Shown: positions 40,155 to 53,840 of the stretch, piece after piece
Numbering within the stretch: position 1 is the first letter of the stretch
Layout of the letters: the number at the start of each line of letters is the position of its first letter
Assembly (NCBI GenBank): GCA_964016885.1
Contig: OZ024743.1
Span: 113,770,001-113,834,000, forward strand
Origin: Eledone cirrhosa
Taxonomy: Eukaryota
Reading direction: 5' to 3'
DNA length: 64,000 nucleotides
Translations under genes and position numbers: made by a program
Notes under the pieces: model-generated
The model's input: only the letters and a program-made list of their open reading frames with translations
The model's database searches: none
What the model was told of the DNA's origin: nothing

Positions 40155-40547
40155 TAACTCTTTAGCATTTACCATATTTCTCGGCACTGAAGACACTTCG
40201 TCCTTGAGGACGCACCCTAATTTTGACAACCAAAAATAAAAAAAAATAATAATAAACAACCTTCGGCCTCCAGGACGCATGGTAAATCTTTGAGACTTAT
40301 TTTAGGAAAAAAGTAGCATCTTCAACTCCGGGAAATATGATACATTACTCTGTATATACTATTATATTTTCATGGTAAAGGCTTTGCCACACATAATTAT
40401 CTCACATAATATTGAATCTATGAGGTTTTGATATTATTTATTTTGAGAATAATACCTTAACATCACTATGAGTAGCCAGTTTGAGTTTATGGTCAGAGGT
40501 GAGAAAATTCTGGCCAAATACGGCCAATTTAAATGCTAAAGGGTTAA
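40155..40547. mobile_element. piggyBac-like MITE with a nested Tc/mariner MITE (40170-40342)
   Basis: taactctttagcattt / aaatgctaaagggttaa; inner taccatatttctcgg / ccgggaaatatgata. Confidence 0.6.
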
Positions 40548-41138
40548 TACTGAGGAAACTGGAATAAAGACTGGCCTAATGAGCCTCCAGAGTTGAGAAA
40601 GAAAACCTAGATATAATGTATTGAGTGTTTTCCCTACACAACTGTGTTATATATATATAGCTTGAGGTGTATCTTTGAATTAGCTGTAAGCATGTGGTGT
40701 GTATTTCAGTTTTTAGAATAGTTATACCTTATCCCTATGTGTTGTAGGAAGCAACTTAAAGGGTCAGTGTAAGGAAGAGTATCTGGTGTTAAAGCATTGC
40801 CTTAAAAAGTCTTGTCCAACCCATGCCAGCAGGGACAATTTGATATAAAAATGATAATGATTTGCATCAGTTTGTGGATATACATATGGCCTCCTTATAT
40901 ATTTATATTTATGTACAGATATAATGTATTGGGTGTTTCCTACTCTATTGTATTATATGGATATAGTAAAAGGTGATTTAGCCGCTCGGGGTGAGGAGAA
41001 ACCAGGTTAGCTTTGCCTTTCATCCTTACGGGGTCGATAAAATAAAGTATCAGTAATGCACTGGGGTCTATTTAATCGACTTTACCCTCCCCCAAAATTA
41101 CTGGCCTTGTGCCTTGAGTAGAAACAATTATATGGATA

Positions 41139-41499
41139 CTAGACCACCCATGACCCGCTGGGTCACGTTCACTTCAAAATATAAAAAAAAAATCATGTTC
41201 ACTTAAAAAGGATTTTTAAATAATTAAAATATACACAGACATGTATATAATGTAAAACGGAATTGGAAGGCCCATATATATATCACAACCACTATCTCTT
41301 TCTCTCTATGAAAATCCCCAGAAAAATCCCATATCTTGGGAACCCGTGTTCTAATTTACGCGAAACTTGTTTTATTCCATTTGTATTCCCATTTCAGGGG
41401 CAACTTCCTGTCAAAGTATTTTCCCTTTATGCACCATTTTAGCTGTATTAAATTACAGACAAGCACACAATCACAGAGTTTTAGTACTATATAGATAGA
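41139..41499 (-). mobile_element. Non-autonomous Helitron
   Basis: 5' TCtat..., 3' gtgaccc-agc-gggtcat hairpin + CTAG; the flanks rejoin into a repeat also seen intact near 40000. Confidence 0.7.
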
Positions 41500-42029
41500 T
41501 AGCGTGAGGTGTAGTTGTGAATTTTAATATCAATGATGTTTGGTTAAGCCAAAAGAAATATACATACTGCATTTGCTCCTCTACTAGATACAGTGCATTA
41601 TAGAATGGACCTCCATTGATTTTCTTGATGAGTCTTCTAGTTACTTAATCAATGGGAGAAATTGCTCATGAAATTAATGTATAAGTGGTTGAGCATACCA
41701 TAGTCATTTGTACCTTTAATGACATTCTGAAGGAGCTTCAGGGGAACACAAGATGTGACAAAACTTGAGTATTGAACTAAAGGTACAGTCCATCTGGTGG
41801 GCTTCCAAACAGTTTCTGTCTATCCTATTTCATTCACAAGGCATGGATTGACCTGAGGCCATGGGAATGACACTTGCCCAAGGTGCCATACAGTGGGATT
41901 GAACCAGGGATTTAATGATTGCAAATCAAACTTTAACTTTCAGCCATGCTGCATATAAGTAGTGCAGTAAATTACTTATGAAACACAACAAATGAGATTC
42001 TAACTGCTCCTCCTGCTAGGAATGCTTCT

Positions 42030-42113
<84 letters not shown>

Positions 42114-42198
42114 GTTATATTTAATTTGTTGGGATTCCAGCAAACTTAAAAGTTTATAACTGATATAGAGCACTCAAAAGATTACTGGAGTAAATATT

Positions 42199-42544
42199 CA
42201 ATATATTAATAAATAGAAACTATATTTATAAAACCATAATTATTTTATTATATATATTTCAAGGGCGACCAAGCCAATCTTTGTGCGCTTTCATCAGGTA
42301 AAATACAAAATTTGTTTTATAAATAGTGACATAACCATGGAAAACAACCTTGACAGTTGAAAATTCGCTGACTATCCAGCGAATTTTCAACCGTCAAGTT
42401 TGTTTTCCATGGTTATGTCACTATTTATAAAACAAATTTTGTATTTTATCTGATGACAGCGCACCAAGATTGGCTTAGTCGCCCTTGAAATATATATAAT
42501 AAAATAATTATGGTTTTATAAATATAGTTTCCATTTATTAATAT

Positions 42545-42548
<4 letters not shown>
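42199..42548. repeat. 172-bp-arm inverted repeat with divergent hammerheads (42241-42305 on -, 42442-42506 on +), between (TA)n tracts
   Basis: 6-nt spacer at 42371-42376; both arms carry CTGATGA-stem II-GAAA TATATA TA ATAAAATA. Confidence 0.85.
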
Positions 42549-42595
<47 letters not shown>

Positions 42596-42630
42596 TAACA
42601 TTTGGTTATATATATTATATATATATATAT

Positions 42631-43772
42631 ATCATCATCATCATCTTCGTTTAACGTCCATCTTCCACGCTAGCATGGGTTAGACAGGAGTTGTCCTACT
42701 GGAGGCAAGATTGGTCGGGTGACTGTGTCTCGCTCATATAGAACTATCTAGCAGGTTTTCTACGGCTGGATGCTCTTCCTAACACCAACCACATTTACAG
42801 TATAGACTGGGAACTTTTTACCGTGTTACCTACAGCGTTGGCTGTGTGTTTTTTTATTGTAACACCTACACGATCTCGATCTCATTATCTCATTTATTTG
42901 GACTGAATGTTGTGGTACCAACTTTACAGAGAGAAGGTGGTGTTGGTGGGAGTGGGAGGATAGAGTAGTGGATTGGGGTATATATTTGGTTAAGAGATGT
43001 CTACTGACTGTAGGTTTCGCTTTGTACATAGGCAAGGCGGGTCTTCTGTATTACTGTGTAACGCCAAAGATCTCGGTCCAGTGACATTGTCTTAGAGAGG
43101 TGCAAGTCTGTAAGGTCGGAATTTATCAAATCGTCCCAGGTTTTTCTGGGTCTACCTACTCCGTAACTTCTATCAATTTTGATCGGCCTGAACTTTTTTA
43201 TACAGCTGTCATCTTTCATGCACATTATCATCATCATCATCATTTTATGTCCGCTTTTCCCTGCTTGCAAGGGTGGGACGGGAACTGATTCTGGCTTGAT
43301 TTCTACAGCTGGATGCCCTCCCTAACACCAATCTCATTTACAGTGAGTGCTGGGTGCTTTTTTTCTGTGGCGCCTACACGTCCACTTTACAGTGTGGGCT
43401 GGGTGCTTTTTTGCCATGGCACCTCCACAACCACTTTGCAGTGGAATGATAGGGACCCCAGTACTATCATCTCATTTCTACAGCTGAGTAAACTGGAGCA
43501 ATGTTAATAAAGTATCTTGCTCAAGGAAACAACACATCACCCTGTCTGAGAAGATACGTGACCATATCAACATAGTCTTCTCTCAAGTAAATAGCATCTG
43601 ATCCCTCTTATTCCTAATTTCTCAGTTTATTTATGCTTTGCCGTTCACGTATATTACAATTACACATCCAACGGAGCATGCATGCTTCGTTCCTTTCCAG
43701 TCTGTGCAGGTCCTCTGCACGCAATGCCCATGTCTCACTGCCATATAGCATTGCTGTTCGTATACAGGCATC
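42631..43772 (-). mobile_element. RTE 3' fragment interrupted by an RTE-tailed SINE (43226-43550)
   Basis: GRPRKTWDDLINSDL; 3' UTR and (CAT)n. Confidence 0.8.
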
Positions 43773-43781
43773 ATATATATA

Positions 43782-44718
43782 TCTATATATATAAAACTGT
43801 GGTTGTCTGTCTGTCTATCGATTTTTGGCACACATCTCCTCTTAGAATCTCTCACGGAATTGCACCGAAATTGCTATACTTGTACATTGAGCCCTAGCGA
43901 AGACATCGGAAAAAAAAATATTTCAAATTGACCCACCCTATGTGACGAAATCGAATATAATGTATCGATTTTTGAGCGTAAGTTATCAGTTATCTCCCTT
44001 TGTTCTGTTTACATTGAGCGTCTTACGTAAAAAATTACGCTGGCTTTCTCAGCGTTTAAAATGACATTAACACAATACACGAACAGATAGTTGTCGAGCC
44101 AGCAAAATATTGACCTGCAAAATTCATCAGTTCGAACACTAAGCTTCCGTTTTGCTTCATTTCCATTTAAAAGCATTTTAAAACAATATTTTTACTTGAA
44201 AACAAGTCTATTTAAAGACTACGTAAAACAAGCAAATATTTCGTCGTTAGGCGTGCAGACAGATAGTCGTGCAGAGAGGTGATATAGGCGTGCAGACAGA
44301 CAGTCGTGCAGAGAGGTGATATAGGCGTGCAGACAGACAGTCGTGCAGAGAGGTGATATAGGCGTGCAGACAGACAGTCGTGCAGAGAGGTGATATAGGC
44401 GTGCAGACAGACATAACTGATAATTTGGTTACGCTAATGTTTTTCTCTGCGTTGCAGTGTTTACATTTTCGATCTTTGTTAATAAATAACCAGTGCAGTT
44501 TCTATCCCCAGCATCCTCTTTTGTTATAACATTCGGGTTATCGTTATGTTTTCTTAACTTCATAAGGCATATTGTTGGTTGAGGGAATATTAATCAAAAA
44601 CACCACATGCAAGTCTGCACAGTAGACACTACAGTTTTTAAGCCAAGAAAGAAACTTAACATTGTAACTTTAACACAGCTACTGAGCGACCCCGAGCAAC
44701 GCCGGGCTTTACTGCTAG
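43782..44718 (+). mobile_element. Non-autonomous Helitron with an internal 37-bp tandem repeat (44250-44412)
   Basis: a|TCtatatatataaaac ... cccgagcaacgccggg hairpin, CTAG|t; the same terminus occurs on - at 63832-64000. Confidence 0.8.
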
Positions 44719-44784
44719 TATATTATAAAATGAAATGACAGGAGGCCAAATATGTTGAATTTCCTTAATTTTTTATTATTGTAA

Positions 44785-44841
44785 ACACTATGCACATTTC
44801 AGTGGCAGGTTGCTTAAAAACCTGATGATCTCATCAGGTGT
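44785..44841 (-). ncRNA. Putative type I hammerhead ribozyme
   Basis: Minus strand: ACAC CTGATGA [..CAGGTT-tttaagc-AACCTG..] GAAA TGTGCA TA GTGT. Confidence 0.65.
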
Positions 44842-45226
44842 AAATTGCATAATAAGATGTATACCAACGGAATGATGGTAAGCTTTAAGGAAACAAGCAA
44901 AAAAAAAACCCAAAACGTATGCTTTTGACCCAGAGACGGACGTAGTAGCATGCTGCTACATTGCTTGCTCATACATACATATATATACATATATATTTGT
45001 GTGTATATTATCAACAGCATTCAACGTCCATTTTCCATGCTAGCAAGGGTTGGACAGGTTGTTGCAGACAAAGTCAGTACTCAAGTCGGGCTACTGATCT
45101 CTCAGTTGGGCTAGGGCCCGTCTCACTCACTTATGTTCACACACTGGACCGACTAGGTGCTCAGTATATATTAATGTATATGTGGATGCCTGTCATACAT
45201 ACGTTTGTATACATCATATATATATA

Positions 45227-45257
<31 letters not shown>

Positions 45258-45274
45258 CAAATGTTTCAGCTTAG

Positions 45275-45317
45275 ACCAAGCTGAGGATCCGAATAAGATG
45301 AAACATTTGTTCTCGGT
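45275..45317 (+). ncRNA. Degenerate hammerhead in a 90-bp insert within (TA)n
   Basis: ACCAAG CTGAGGA tccgaataagat GAAA CATTTG TT CTCGGT; stem II is weak; short inverted 5' copy at 45257-45268. Confidence 0.45.
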
Positions 45318-45342
45318 ATGGTGTACTAACTGTTGTGGAACT

Positions 45343-45373
<31 letters not shown>

Positions 45374-45379
45374 CATATA

Positions 45380-45855
45380 TTGATAAATTCCAACCTCACA
45401 CACTTACACCTCACCAAGACAATGTCACTGGACCGAGATCTTTGGCGCTACACAGTTATACAGAAGACCCGCCTTGCCTAAGTACAAAGCGAAACCTACA
45501 GTCAGTAGGCACCTCTAACGAAATACACCCACGTCCTACTACCCCCCCCCCATCCCCCCCCCCTTAAATGTGGAATTATGTTGGTACCACAACATCCAGT
45601 CCGAAACAAATGAGGTTGTGTAGGTGTCACAACAAAAAAACACAGTCCACGCTGTAATGTGGCCGTGTAGGCAACACGGCAAAAACCTCCCAGTCCACAC
45701 TGTAAATGTGGTTGGTGTTAGGAAGAGTATCTAACCATAGAAAACCCGCCAGACAGTCCTATGCGAGCAGGACAACCAATCTTGCCTCAGGTGGGAAAAC
45801 TCCCGTCCAAACCCATGCAAGCGTGGAAGATGGACGTTAAACGATGATGATGATA
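45380..45855 (+). mobile_element. RTE 3' end fragment; similar fragments at 46381-46535, 48378-48665 and 52195-52375
   Basis: Match to the RTE 3' ends at 23385-23881 and 34580-34851. Confidence 0.85.
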
Positions 45856-46238
45856 TATACAGAGAGAGAGAGAGCCACACACACACACATACGTGCATAT
45901 ATCATCATCATCCTCATTTTACGTCCGCTTTTCCCTACTTGCAGGGGTGGGACAAGAACTGATTCTGTCTTGATTTCTACAGTTAGGAAGATGCCCTTCC
46001 TAACACCAACCTCATTTACAGTGAGTGTTGGGTGCTTTTTGCTGTGGCATCTCCACGACCACTTTGCAGTGGAATGATAGGGACCCCAGTCCCTATCATC
46101 TCATTTCTACAGCTGAGTAAACTGGAGCAATGTGAAATAAAGTGTTTTGCTCAAGGAAACAACACATCACCCGGTCTGAGAATTGAACTCACAACCTTTC
46201 GATTGCAAGGCCAATGCTCTAACCACTAAGCCATGTGC

Positions 46239-46383
<145 letters not shown>

Positions 46384-46625
46384 TGGTCGTGGAGGTGCCA
46401 CGGCAAAAAAGCACCCAGCACTCACTGTAAATGAGGTTGGTGTTAGGAAGGGCATGTAGAAATCAAGCCAGAATCAGTTCCCGTCCCACGCATGCAAGCA
46501 GGGAAAAAGCGAACATAAAATGATGATGATGATGATATATATATATATATGTGTTTGTGTGTATGTATATATATATATGTGTGTGTGTATATATATATAT
46601 ATGTGTGTATGCGTATATATATATA

Positions 46626-46656
<31 letters not shown>

Positions 46657-46836
46657 GTGTATATATATATAATATAGGAAGTGAGTTTTATTGTAGTACA
46701 ATAAAGCAATGCAGATATCGGATAAGAAGCACTCTACAGTTTGTAGGACTGGAGTATAAATAATATATAAGATCAAAAGATGGTTAAAAGATGGAACTCT
46801 TTTATACATGGAACTCTTTTAACCATCTTTTGATCT

Positions 46837-46874
<38 letters not shown>

Positions 46875-46976
46875 ACAATATACATATATATATATATACA
46901 TATATATATGCAAAATAATTGAATATATGGTCACATGTATACTTATATCTGTGTTTATCTCTCTCATATGTTCAAT

Positions 46977-47033
<57 letters not shown>

Positions 47034-47929
47034 GATCATGATGATGATGTATGTATGTATCCGGTTCATATCTTTCTATGAGTGTGTGTATGTGTATATC
47101 TTTTGCCATTGAGTATCAACAAATGATGTCAATATTGGTGAATACTGAGTGTTGCTCAAAGAAAGTCTTTTGCACCAAGAAACAGATGTTTCCATGTCAG
47201 CGCTGATGTTAAAAATCTATTAAACCACTGCTTAGTCCATTGGAGTGCTGTAACTAACAATTATATTATTGAGAAAATGAGATATAAAATATACAAAACA
47301 TAAATAAATACATAAACATACAAAACAAATAAATAAATTGTAAGATAATAGCGTTCATTTGTCATTGTCTTAATACTGTGATTCATGTTAGAAATATTTT
47401 ATATCTTCTGTTAATTGCTTTGACATTTTTAGCTTGTCAATATTATGACATTAGTTTGCTGACTATTGGCAGGTTTGTTAAAGCATCAAGCAAAATGTCT
47501 TGTGCTGGTTGATGTTATTGTTGATGATGGTGATGTTGGTGGTGGTGGTGGTGGTAATTATTATTATGAGCAGCAAACACATGCTTAGCAGTATTTGTTC
47601 TGGCTCTTTACATTTTGAGTTCAAATCACACCAAGGTTTACTTTGCTTTTCATTTTCATCTTTTCCAGCTCAATAAAATAATGTACCAGTCATGAACTTG
47701 GGTCAGTGTAATCGACTTAAACCCTCTCCCAAAATGTCTGGCCTTGTGCTTAAATTAGAACAACATCAGATTGCAGAGGATTAGTACATTAGGCAAAATG
47801 TTTGCGATTGTTGTTGTTGATAGTGATGATGATAAATTAGGGTGGTGGTGGTGGTGCTGGGAGTCATGTCTATAGCATTGATGATGATAATGGTCAAAGT
47901 GGCAATAGTGATGATGATAATGATGGTGG

Positions 47930-48260
47930 CAGCAGCAGTGGTGGTGATGATGATGATGATGGTGGTGGTTGTGATGGAGGCAGTGGTGGGGTGATGATAA
48001 TGATGGTGGTGGTCGTTGTGATGGAGGCAGTGGTGGGGGTGATGATAATGATGGTGGTGGTCGTTGTGATGGAGGCAGTGGTGGGGGTGATGATAATGAT
48101 GGTGGTGGTGGTTGTGATGGAGGCAGTGGTGGGGGTGATGATAATGATGGTGGTGGTGGTTGTGATGGAGGCAGTGGTGGGGGTGATGATAATGATGGTG
48201 GTGGTGGTCGTGATGGAGGTAGTGGTGGGGGTGAGGAAGATGATGGTGATGATGATGAAG
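47930..48260. repeat. 42-bp minisatellite (gtgatggaggcagtggtgggggtgatgataatgatggtggtg..)
   Basis: About 6-7 tandem units. Confidence 0.9.
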
Positions 48261-48634
48261 AAGAAAGCTCTTTTGTCAGTTTTGAAGGTGAGCATTTAGT
48301 TATTTAATTAACTGAATATCCAACATATTAGTAATTGAGTATTTCATAGACACGTGTACCCTTAACATAATTCTCAGGAACATCCAGGCCGAAACAAATG
48401 AGATCGTGTAGGTGTCACGACAAATAAACACACAGTCCACGCTGTAATATGGCCGTGTAGGCAACACGGTAAAAACCTCCCAGTCCCACACTGTAAATGT
48501 GGTTGGTGTTAGGAAGGGCATCCAGCTGTAGAAAACCCGTCAGACAGTCCTATGCGAGCAAGACAACCACTCTTGCCTCAGGTGGGAAAACTCCCGTCCA
48601 AACCCATGCAAGCGTGGAACATGGACGTTAAACA

Positions 48635-48667
<33 letters not shown>

Positions 48668-49842
48668 CTGCATGACACAGTGAATGCCAAGAATAGTCAT
48701 TGGAATTAGAAGTAGTCCCTCAACCAGGCTTCAAATGGTTTCTAGCCCCTCAGTTTCACTCACAAGTCTTGAGTCAACCCAAGGCTTTGATGAATGGCAT
48801 TTGCTTAAGATGCCAGGTGATGGAATCAAACTCAGGATCTTATCATTACAAAAAGAACTTCCTAACAATTTGGCTATGATGTATCAATGCTATTTAGTTA
48901 TGGCAAGACTGATACATCTTTTTTATAAAAAATGTTTCAGACTTATTTTGGCAATGTAGGAGTATAACATACTTTCACTTCTAATCTCTATATAAGTTTG
49001 AGCAACTTCCGTCCGTCACACAATGATCCATTTGCTATGCTGTGTGTGAGTATGTGAATGTGTATGTTTATGTAAATGTATATGTATTTGTGTGAATGTA
49101 TGTCTGTGAGTGTGTATTTTTGTATGTGTGTGTGTGAATGTATGTGTGTGAAAAGAAGGAAGGGGATGGTGAAAAAACTGTAGCAAAACAGTGGCTGGCG
49201 TTCATTTACTACGCTGTGTGTGTGAGTGTTTGTGGTTTGTGTAAATGTATGTATGTGTGTGTTTGTGTAAATGTGTGTGTGTGTTAGTGTGAATGTATGT
49301 ATATTTGTGTGAATGTATGTCTGTCAGTGTGTATTTTTGTAAGTGTGTCTGTGTTTGCACGTTTATATTTATATACTTATACAAATAAATGTATGCATAT
49401 ACACACACATACTCCAAGTTCAAATCTCACCATGGTTAACTTTGCCTTTCATGTTTCCAAGCTCGATAAAATAATGTACCAGTCATGTACTTGTGTCAAT
49501 GTAATTGACTAAACTCTCTCCCCAAATCTCTGGCCTTGTGCCTAAATTAGAAAGACATCAGATTGCAGAGGATTGGTATATGTTAGAGCATTAGGCATAT
49601 GTGTCAGTGTTGAAAAACATTCTAGTCTTATGAAACTGGTTTACACACAAATTTGATATTCCATAGTGTAAAAGTATTTTGATTTGCTGTTAATTCCACA
49701 TACAAATCTGTTGGTGGGAAAACATTCATTAGAAATTCTCTTAGCTATATATGAAGAATATTTCCTTTGTTTCTTATAATTGCTGTAACAATACTGTCTT
49801 CAGTTGATTCAGCTTTATTGTTAAAGCATTATTATTATGAAT

Positions 49843-50287
49843 AGGCGGTGGATTGGCAGTATTGGTAGAGTGTCGGATGCCATGCTTTGGCGTATAGAGT
49901 TACGGCCCTTGCCATTATGAGTTCAAATCTCGCTGAGGTTAACTTTGCCTTTCATCCTTACGGGGTCGATAAAATAAAGTACCAGTAATGAACTGGGTAA
50001 TTGCTGGCCTTGTGCCTAACGTAGAAACAATTATTATTATGAATATCATGGATTTGTGAAACTGATAGAAAAGTGTTAAAGTCCAAGATTTCCATTATAT
50101 TTGTTTCTACTTTAGGCACAAGGCCAGCAATTACCCAGTTCATTACTGGTACTTTATTTTATCGACCCCGTAAGGATGAAAGGCAAAGTCAACCTCGGCG
50201 GGATTTGAACTCAGATCATAAAGGGACGTAACTATGCTGGAAAGCATGGCGTCCGACCCTGTACTGATACTGCCAATCCACCGCCTT
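49843..50287. mobile_element. Tail-to-tail pair of full-length tRNA-derived SINEs (49843-50040 on +, 50100-50287 on -)
   Basis: Both begin ggcggtggattggcagt and carry A and B boxes. Confidence 0.85.
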
Positions 50288-50519
50288 TACATTACTAATT
50301 AATTAGCTTCTGTTTTTCTTGTAAATGTTTAAGAATCATGAGGGAGAGGTAGTAAGTTATGTGATCTTTACTATTTATTTAGGGAGACATGGCTACTATT
50401 TCTAGCCAATTGAGCAACCATTCTTTTCAACTTATGTGAACTAATATCAAACAGTGTCATAGGAGTAGTATCAAAACAATATAATGGCTGTGTGGTTAAG
50501 GAATTTGCGTGAAGGCCAA

Positions 50520-50985
50520 ACTCGCTATCTTCAATTCAGTTTTCGTGCCAACCCATGAATCTTGAGTAATGACCAAAAGAATATGATCACGAATACAGCA
50601 GGTGAAATGGGATCCCTCCAAAGGGTCTTTGGAGTAACGTTGCTCAATAAAGTGTGTAGCTTGGAGATCAGAGAGTCACTCTAGGTAGAGCCGCTACTTC
50701 TTCGAATTGAGAGATCACACCTCTGATACTGTGTACATATTGTTAGAATGTCTCAGGAAAGAATTGCTGGACAGATTTTATGGGCAAAACCAACTGGCAT
50801 GAGACCCAGGGGTATACCCCGAGCAAGATGGTTGGATAACATCCATGAGCTTGGCTGGTCACACTTGGAGATCCAGCTGGATCAGTTGGAGACAGTTGCT
50901 TCTGACAGGATCTGCTGGAAGGAGTGTTTGAGGAATCTGAACCCATGACCCTCTCAGGAATAAGTGTGCGAAGAAGCAGCAGCAG
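50520..50985 (+). mobile_element. Expander/Rex3-like RTE 3' fragment
   Basis: MSQERIAGQILWAKPTGMRPRGIPRARWLDNI. Confidence 0.7.
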
Positions 50986-53359
50986 CTTTGCAACCTAGTG
51001 GCTTTAGGTTTACTCACATTGAGCGGCACTTTGAGCAAGTGTTGTTTTCTGCTATTATAGCCTCTGGAGACATATAGCTATTGAAACACTAATAAACAGT
51101 TATTATAGTCAACACCACTTGGCTTTTAAATATTGACACTGTTGTAAACATTTGGACCAGGACTACTATCTGAAGATAATAAAATGAATCACTATCAGTT
51201 TCAATGATGAATATTCAGTTGTTCAATTAACTGGGTTACCTTCTTGTTGAATTAATGTGTAAATGCAGACTTGCCAACCTCTAAAACCCAAATGGGGAGT
51301 ACCATGAAAGAAAGTGCCCCAAAATGGGGAGATTTTACATAATGAAAGCTATACCCATTTTTACAAGTGAAGACAATCTCTCACCCACTCCAGAGTGAGT
51401 GGGAGATCTCCCTGTTTGACAGGGAGAGTTGACAGGTCTGTAAATGGCTGAGTATTCCATGGATATGTGTATTTTTAATGTAAGTACTCAGGCTGAACAT
51501 GACACAGTGTGACAAGGCTGGACTTCTAAATTATAAGTACACTCCATCTGACAATCTTCTGCACAGTTCCATCAGCTCCATTTCACTCGCAAGGCTTGAA
51601 TGGACCCCAGTGCATTACTGATACTTTATTGTATCAACCCCATAAGGATGAAAGACAAAGCTAACCTCGGCAGGATTTGAACTCAGGACGTAACTCTATG
51701 CTGTGAGGCAGGATGTTTGACGCTCTACCGATTCTGCCAATCCACTGCCTTTATAATAATAATAGTAATAAATAAAAATTTAAAAAAAGCAAGAGATTTA
51801 TCAAAATTCCAGCCCTTATCTCTTGAGTGCACTACACTACATATGGAAGTGACATCTTCACCCTGATTGATCTGACCTCACTAGTTTTCTCCTCCATGCT
51901 ATTATTTCTAATTATCTAAGATCATAATCATCATTTGTTTCTGGTCGATGATTAATATAGGATTAATTAATTACGAGGAATTTAATAGAAAATAATTTAG
52001 TCATCTTCTGTTATTTGAATTCATTAAAATAATTGTGCTATGTTATTAGTAATTCATTAAAATAATTTAATACTGTTGTAGTATTAGAAGTTTTGAAGAG
52101 AATATATAACTATCGGAGCTGCTATTGTTGAAACTATGATCACGTGAAAGGAGGAAATAATATTTTTATGGGGTGGATTATATATATATATATACAGCAC
52201 CCACTGTAAATGAGGTTGGTGTTAGGAAGGGCATCCAGCTGTAGAAATCAAGCCAAATCAGTTCCTGTATCAGCAAGGCATGGTCAGCCGACCAGACACT
52301 GCCCACAACAGGACAACCCGTCTAACCCATGCTAGCGTGGAAGAACGGACGTAAAACGGTGATGATGATGATGATTATATATATATAAATATATATATAG
52401 GAGAAAGTATGACTCTGACGGCAGAGCTCAAGCCGTTTCGACAGCTATTTCTGGACTCCTATTACTCACTCTACTACCCTAAGTATTGAGTACTCTGATG
52501 CGTTATGGTCCATCTGGTTCCTTACCACAACTCCTCCGTTATATATATATATATAGATATCAATTTCAAAATTTATATCCAAAACATAATTATTTTGTCT
52601 GACAAATGAACTGGTTGTTTCTTGTAAAAATCATCAAGTTTCTTGAAACTTTCAGTAAAGAAATAATTATATTGTGTTGTTTATTATGTAATTATATATA
52701 TACACACACACATACAGGGTTAACATGCCATACTTATAAAGAATACCTACCTTCTGTTTTAATCCACAAAATCAAAGACACACACATGCATATATATAAT
52801 AATAATTGTTTCTACTTTTGGCACAAGGCCAGCAATTACCCAGTGCATTACTGGTACTTTATTTTATCGACCCCGTAAGGATGAAAGGCAAAGTTAACTT
52901 CGGCGGGATTTGAACTCAGAATGGCAAGGGCCGTAACTCTATACATCAAAGCATGGCGTCCGACCCTCTACTGAGACTGCCAATCCAGCGCATATATATA
53001 ATAATAATGTTTCAACTTTTGGCACAAGGCCAGCAATTACCTCAGTGCATTACTGGATGAAAGGCAAAGTTAATAATAATGAAGTAGAAAAGAGTAGGTT
53101 ATAATTTCATCATATTTTATTTATTACGTAATAGCTGTTAAATAATAAATAAAATGTGGTAGAACTGTAACCGACTTCCTTCTACCTTATTATACCAATA
53201 CTCCATTGTACGCAGACCTACATGATCATATAATTGGGAAGATATACAGTTAATGAGTCCTTAGCTCTGTTTACGCAAGTGTTTATTGATTGATGTTTGT
53301 AACTGTGAAACTAATAATGGATTATTTAACACAAAATAAACATTATATATATATATATA

Positions 53360-53706
53360 CATCATCATCATCATCATTTCATTTTACGTCCGCTTTTCCC
53401 TGCTTGCAAGGGTGGGACGGGTACTGATTCTGGCTTGATTTCTACAGCTGGATGCCCTTCCTAACACCAACCTCATTTACAGTGAGTGCTGGGTGCTTTT
53501 TTTTCCGTAGCCCCTCCACGACCACTTTGCAGTGGAATGATAGGGACTCCAGTCCCTATCATCTCATTTCTACAGCTGAGTAAACTGGAGCAATGTGAAA
53601 TAAAGTGTCTTGCTCAAGGAAACAACACATCACCTGGTCTGAGAATTGAACACACAACCTTTTGATTGCAAGGCCAATGCTCTAACCACTAAGCCATGCG
53701 CCTCCA
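53360..53706 (-). mobile_element. Full-length tRNA-headed SINE with an RTE-derived 3' tail; other copies at 45900-46240 and 43226-43550
   Basis: ggaggcgcatggcttagtggttagag (A box), gtgttcaattc (B box), central ccttgagcaagacactttatttcac; tail matches the LINE 3' UTR from 34584. Confidence 0.85.
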
Positions 53707-53713
53707 TATATAT

Positions 53714-53840
53714 AAATGACTTCTACATGACTAGAACTGTGTTTCATTCGTATGAAATCATCAGAAATATCCTGAAACCATCAGCACATTTTTGATGATT
53801 TCATACGAATGAAACAGTACTAGTCCTTTAGAAGTCATTT
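53714..53840. repeat. 55-bp-arm inverted repeat with degenerate hammerhead cores
   Basis: (C/T)TGATGA tTTC-atac-GAAt GAAAC in both arms; stem I not formed. Confidence 0.55.

Noticed and set aside
44250-44412. 37-bp repeats as a CRISPR array (also 25720-26105)
   Set aside because: Contiguous tandem units without unique spacers, no cas genes, eukaryotic context.
49843-49935. SINE heads as tRNA genes
   Set aside because: A and B boxes are present but no cloverleaf; they belong to high-copy SINEs.
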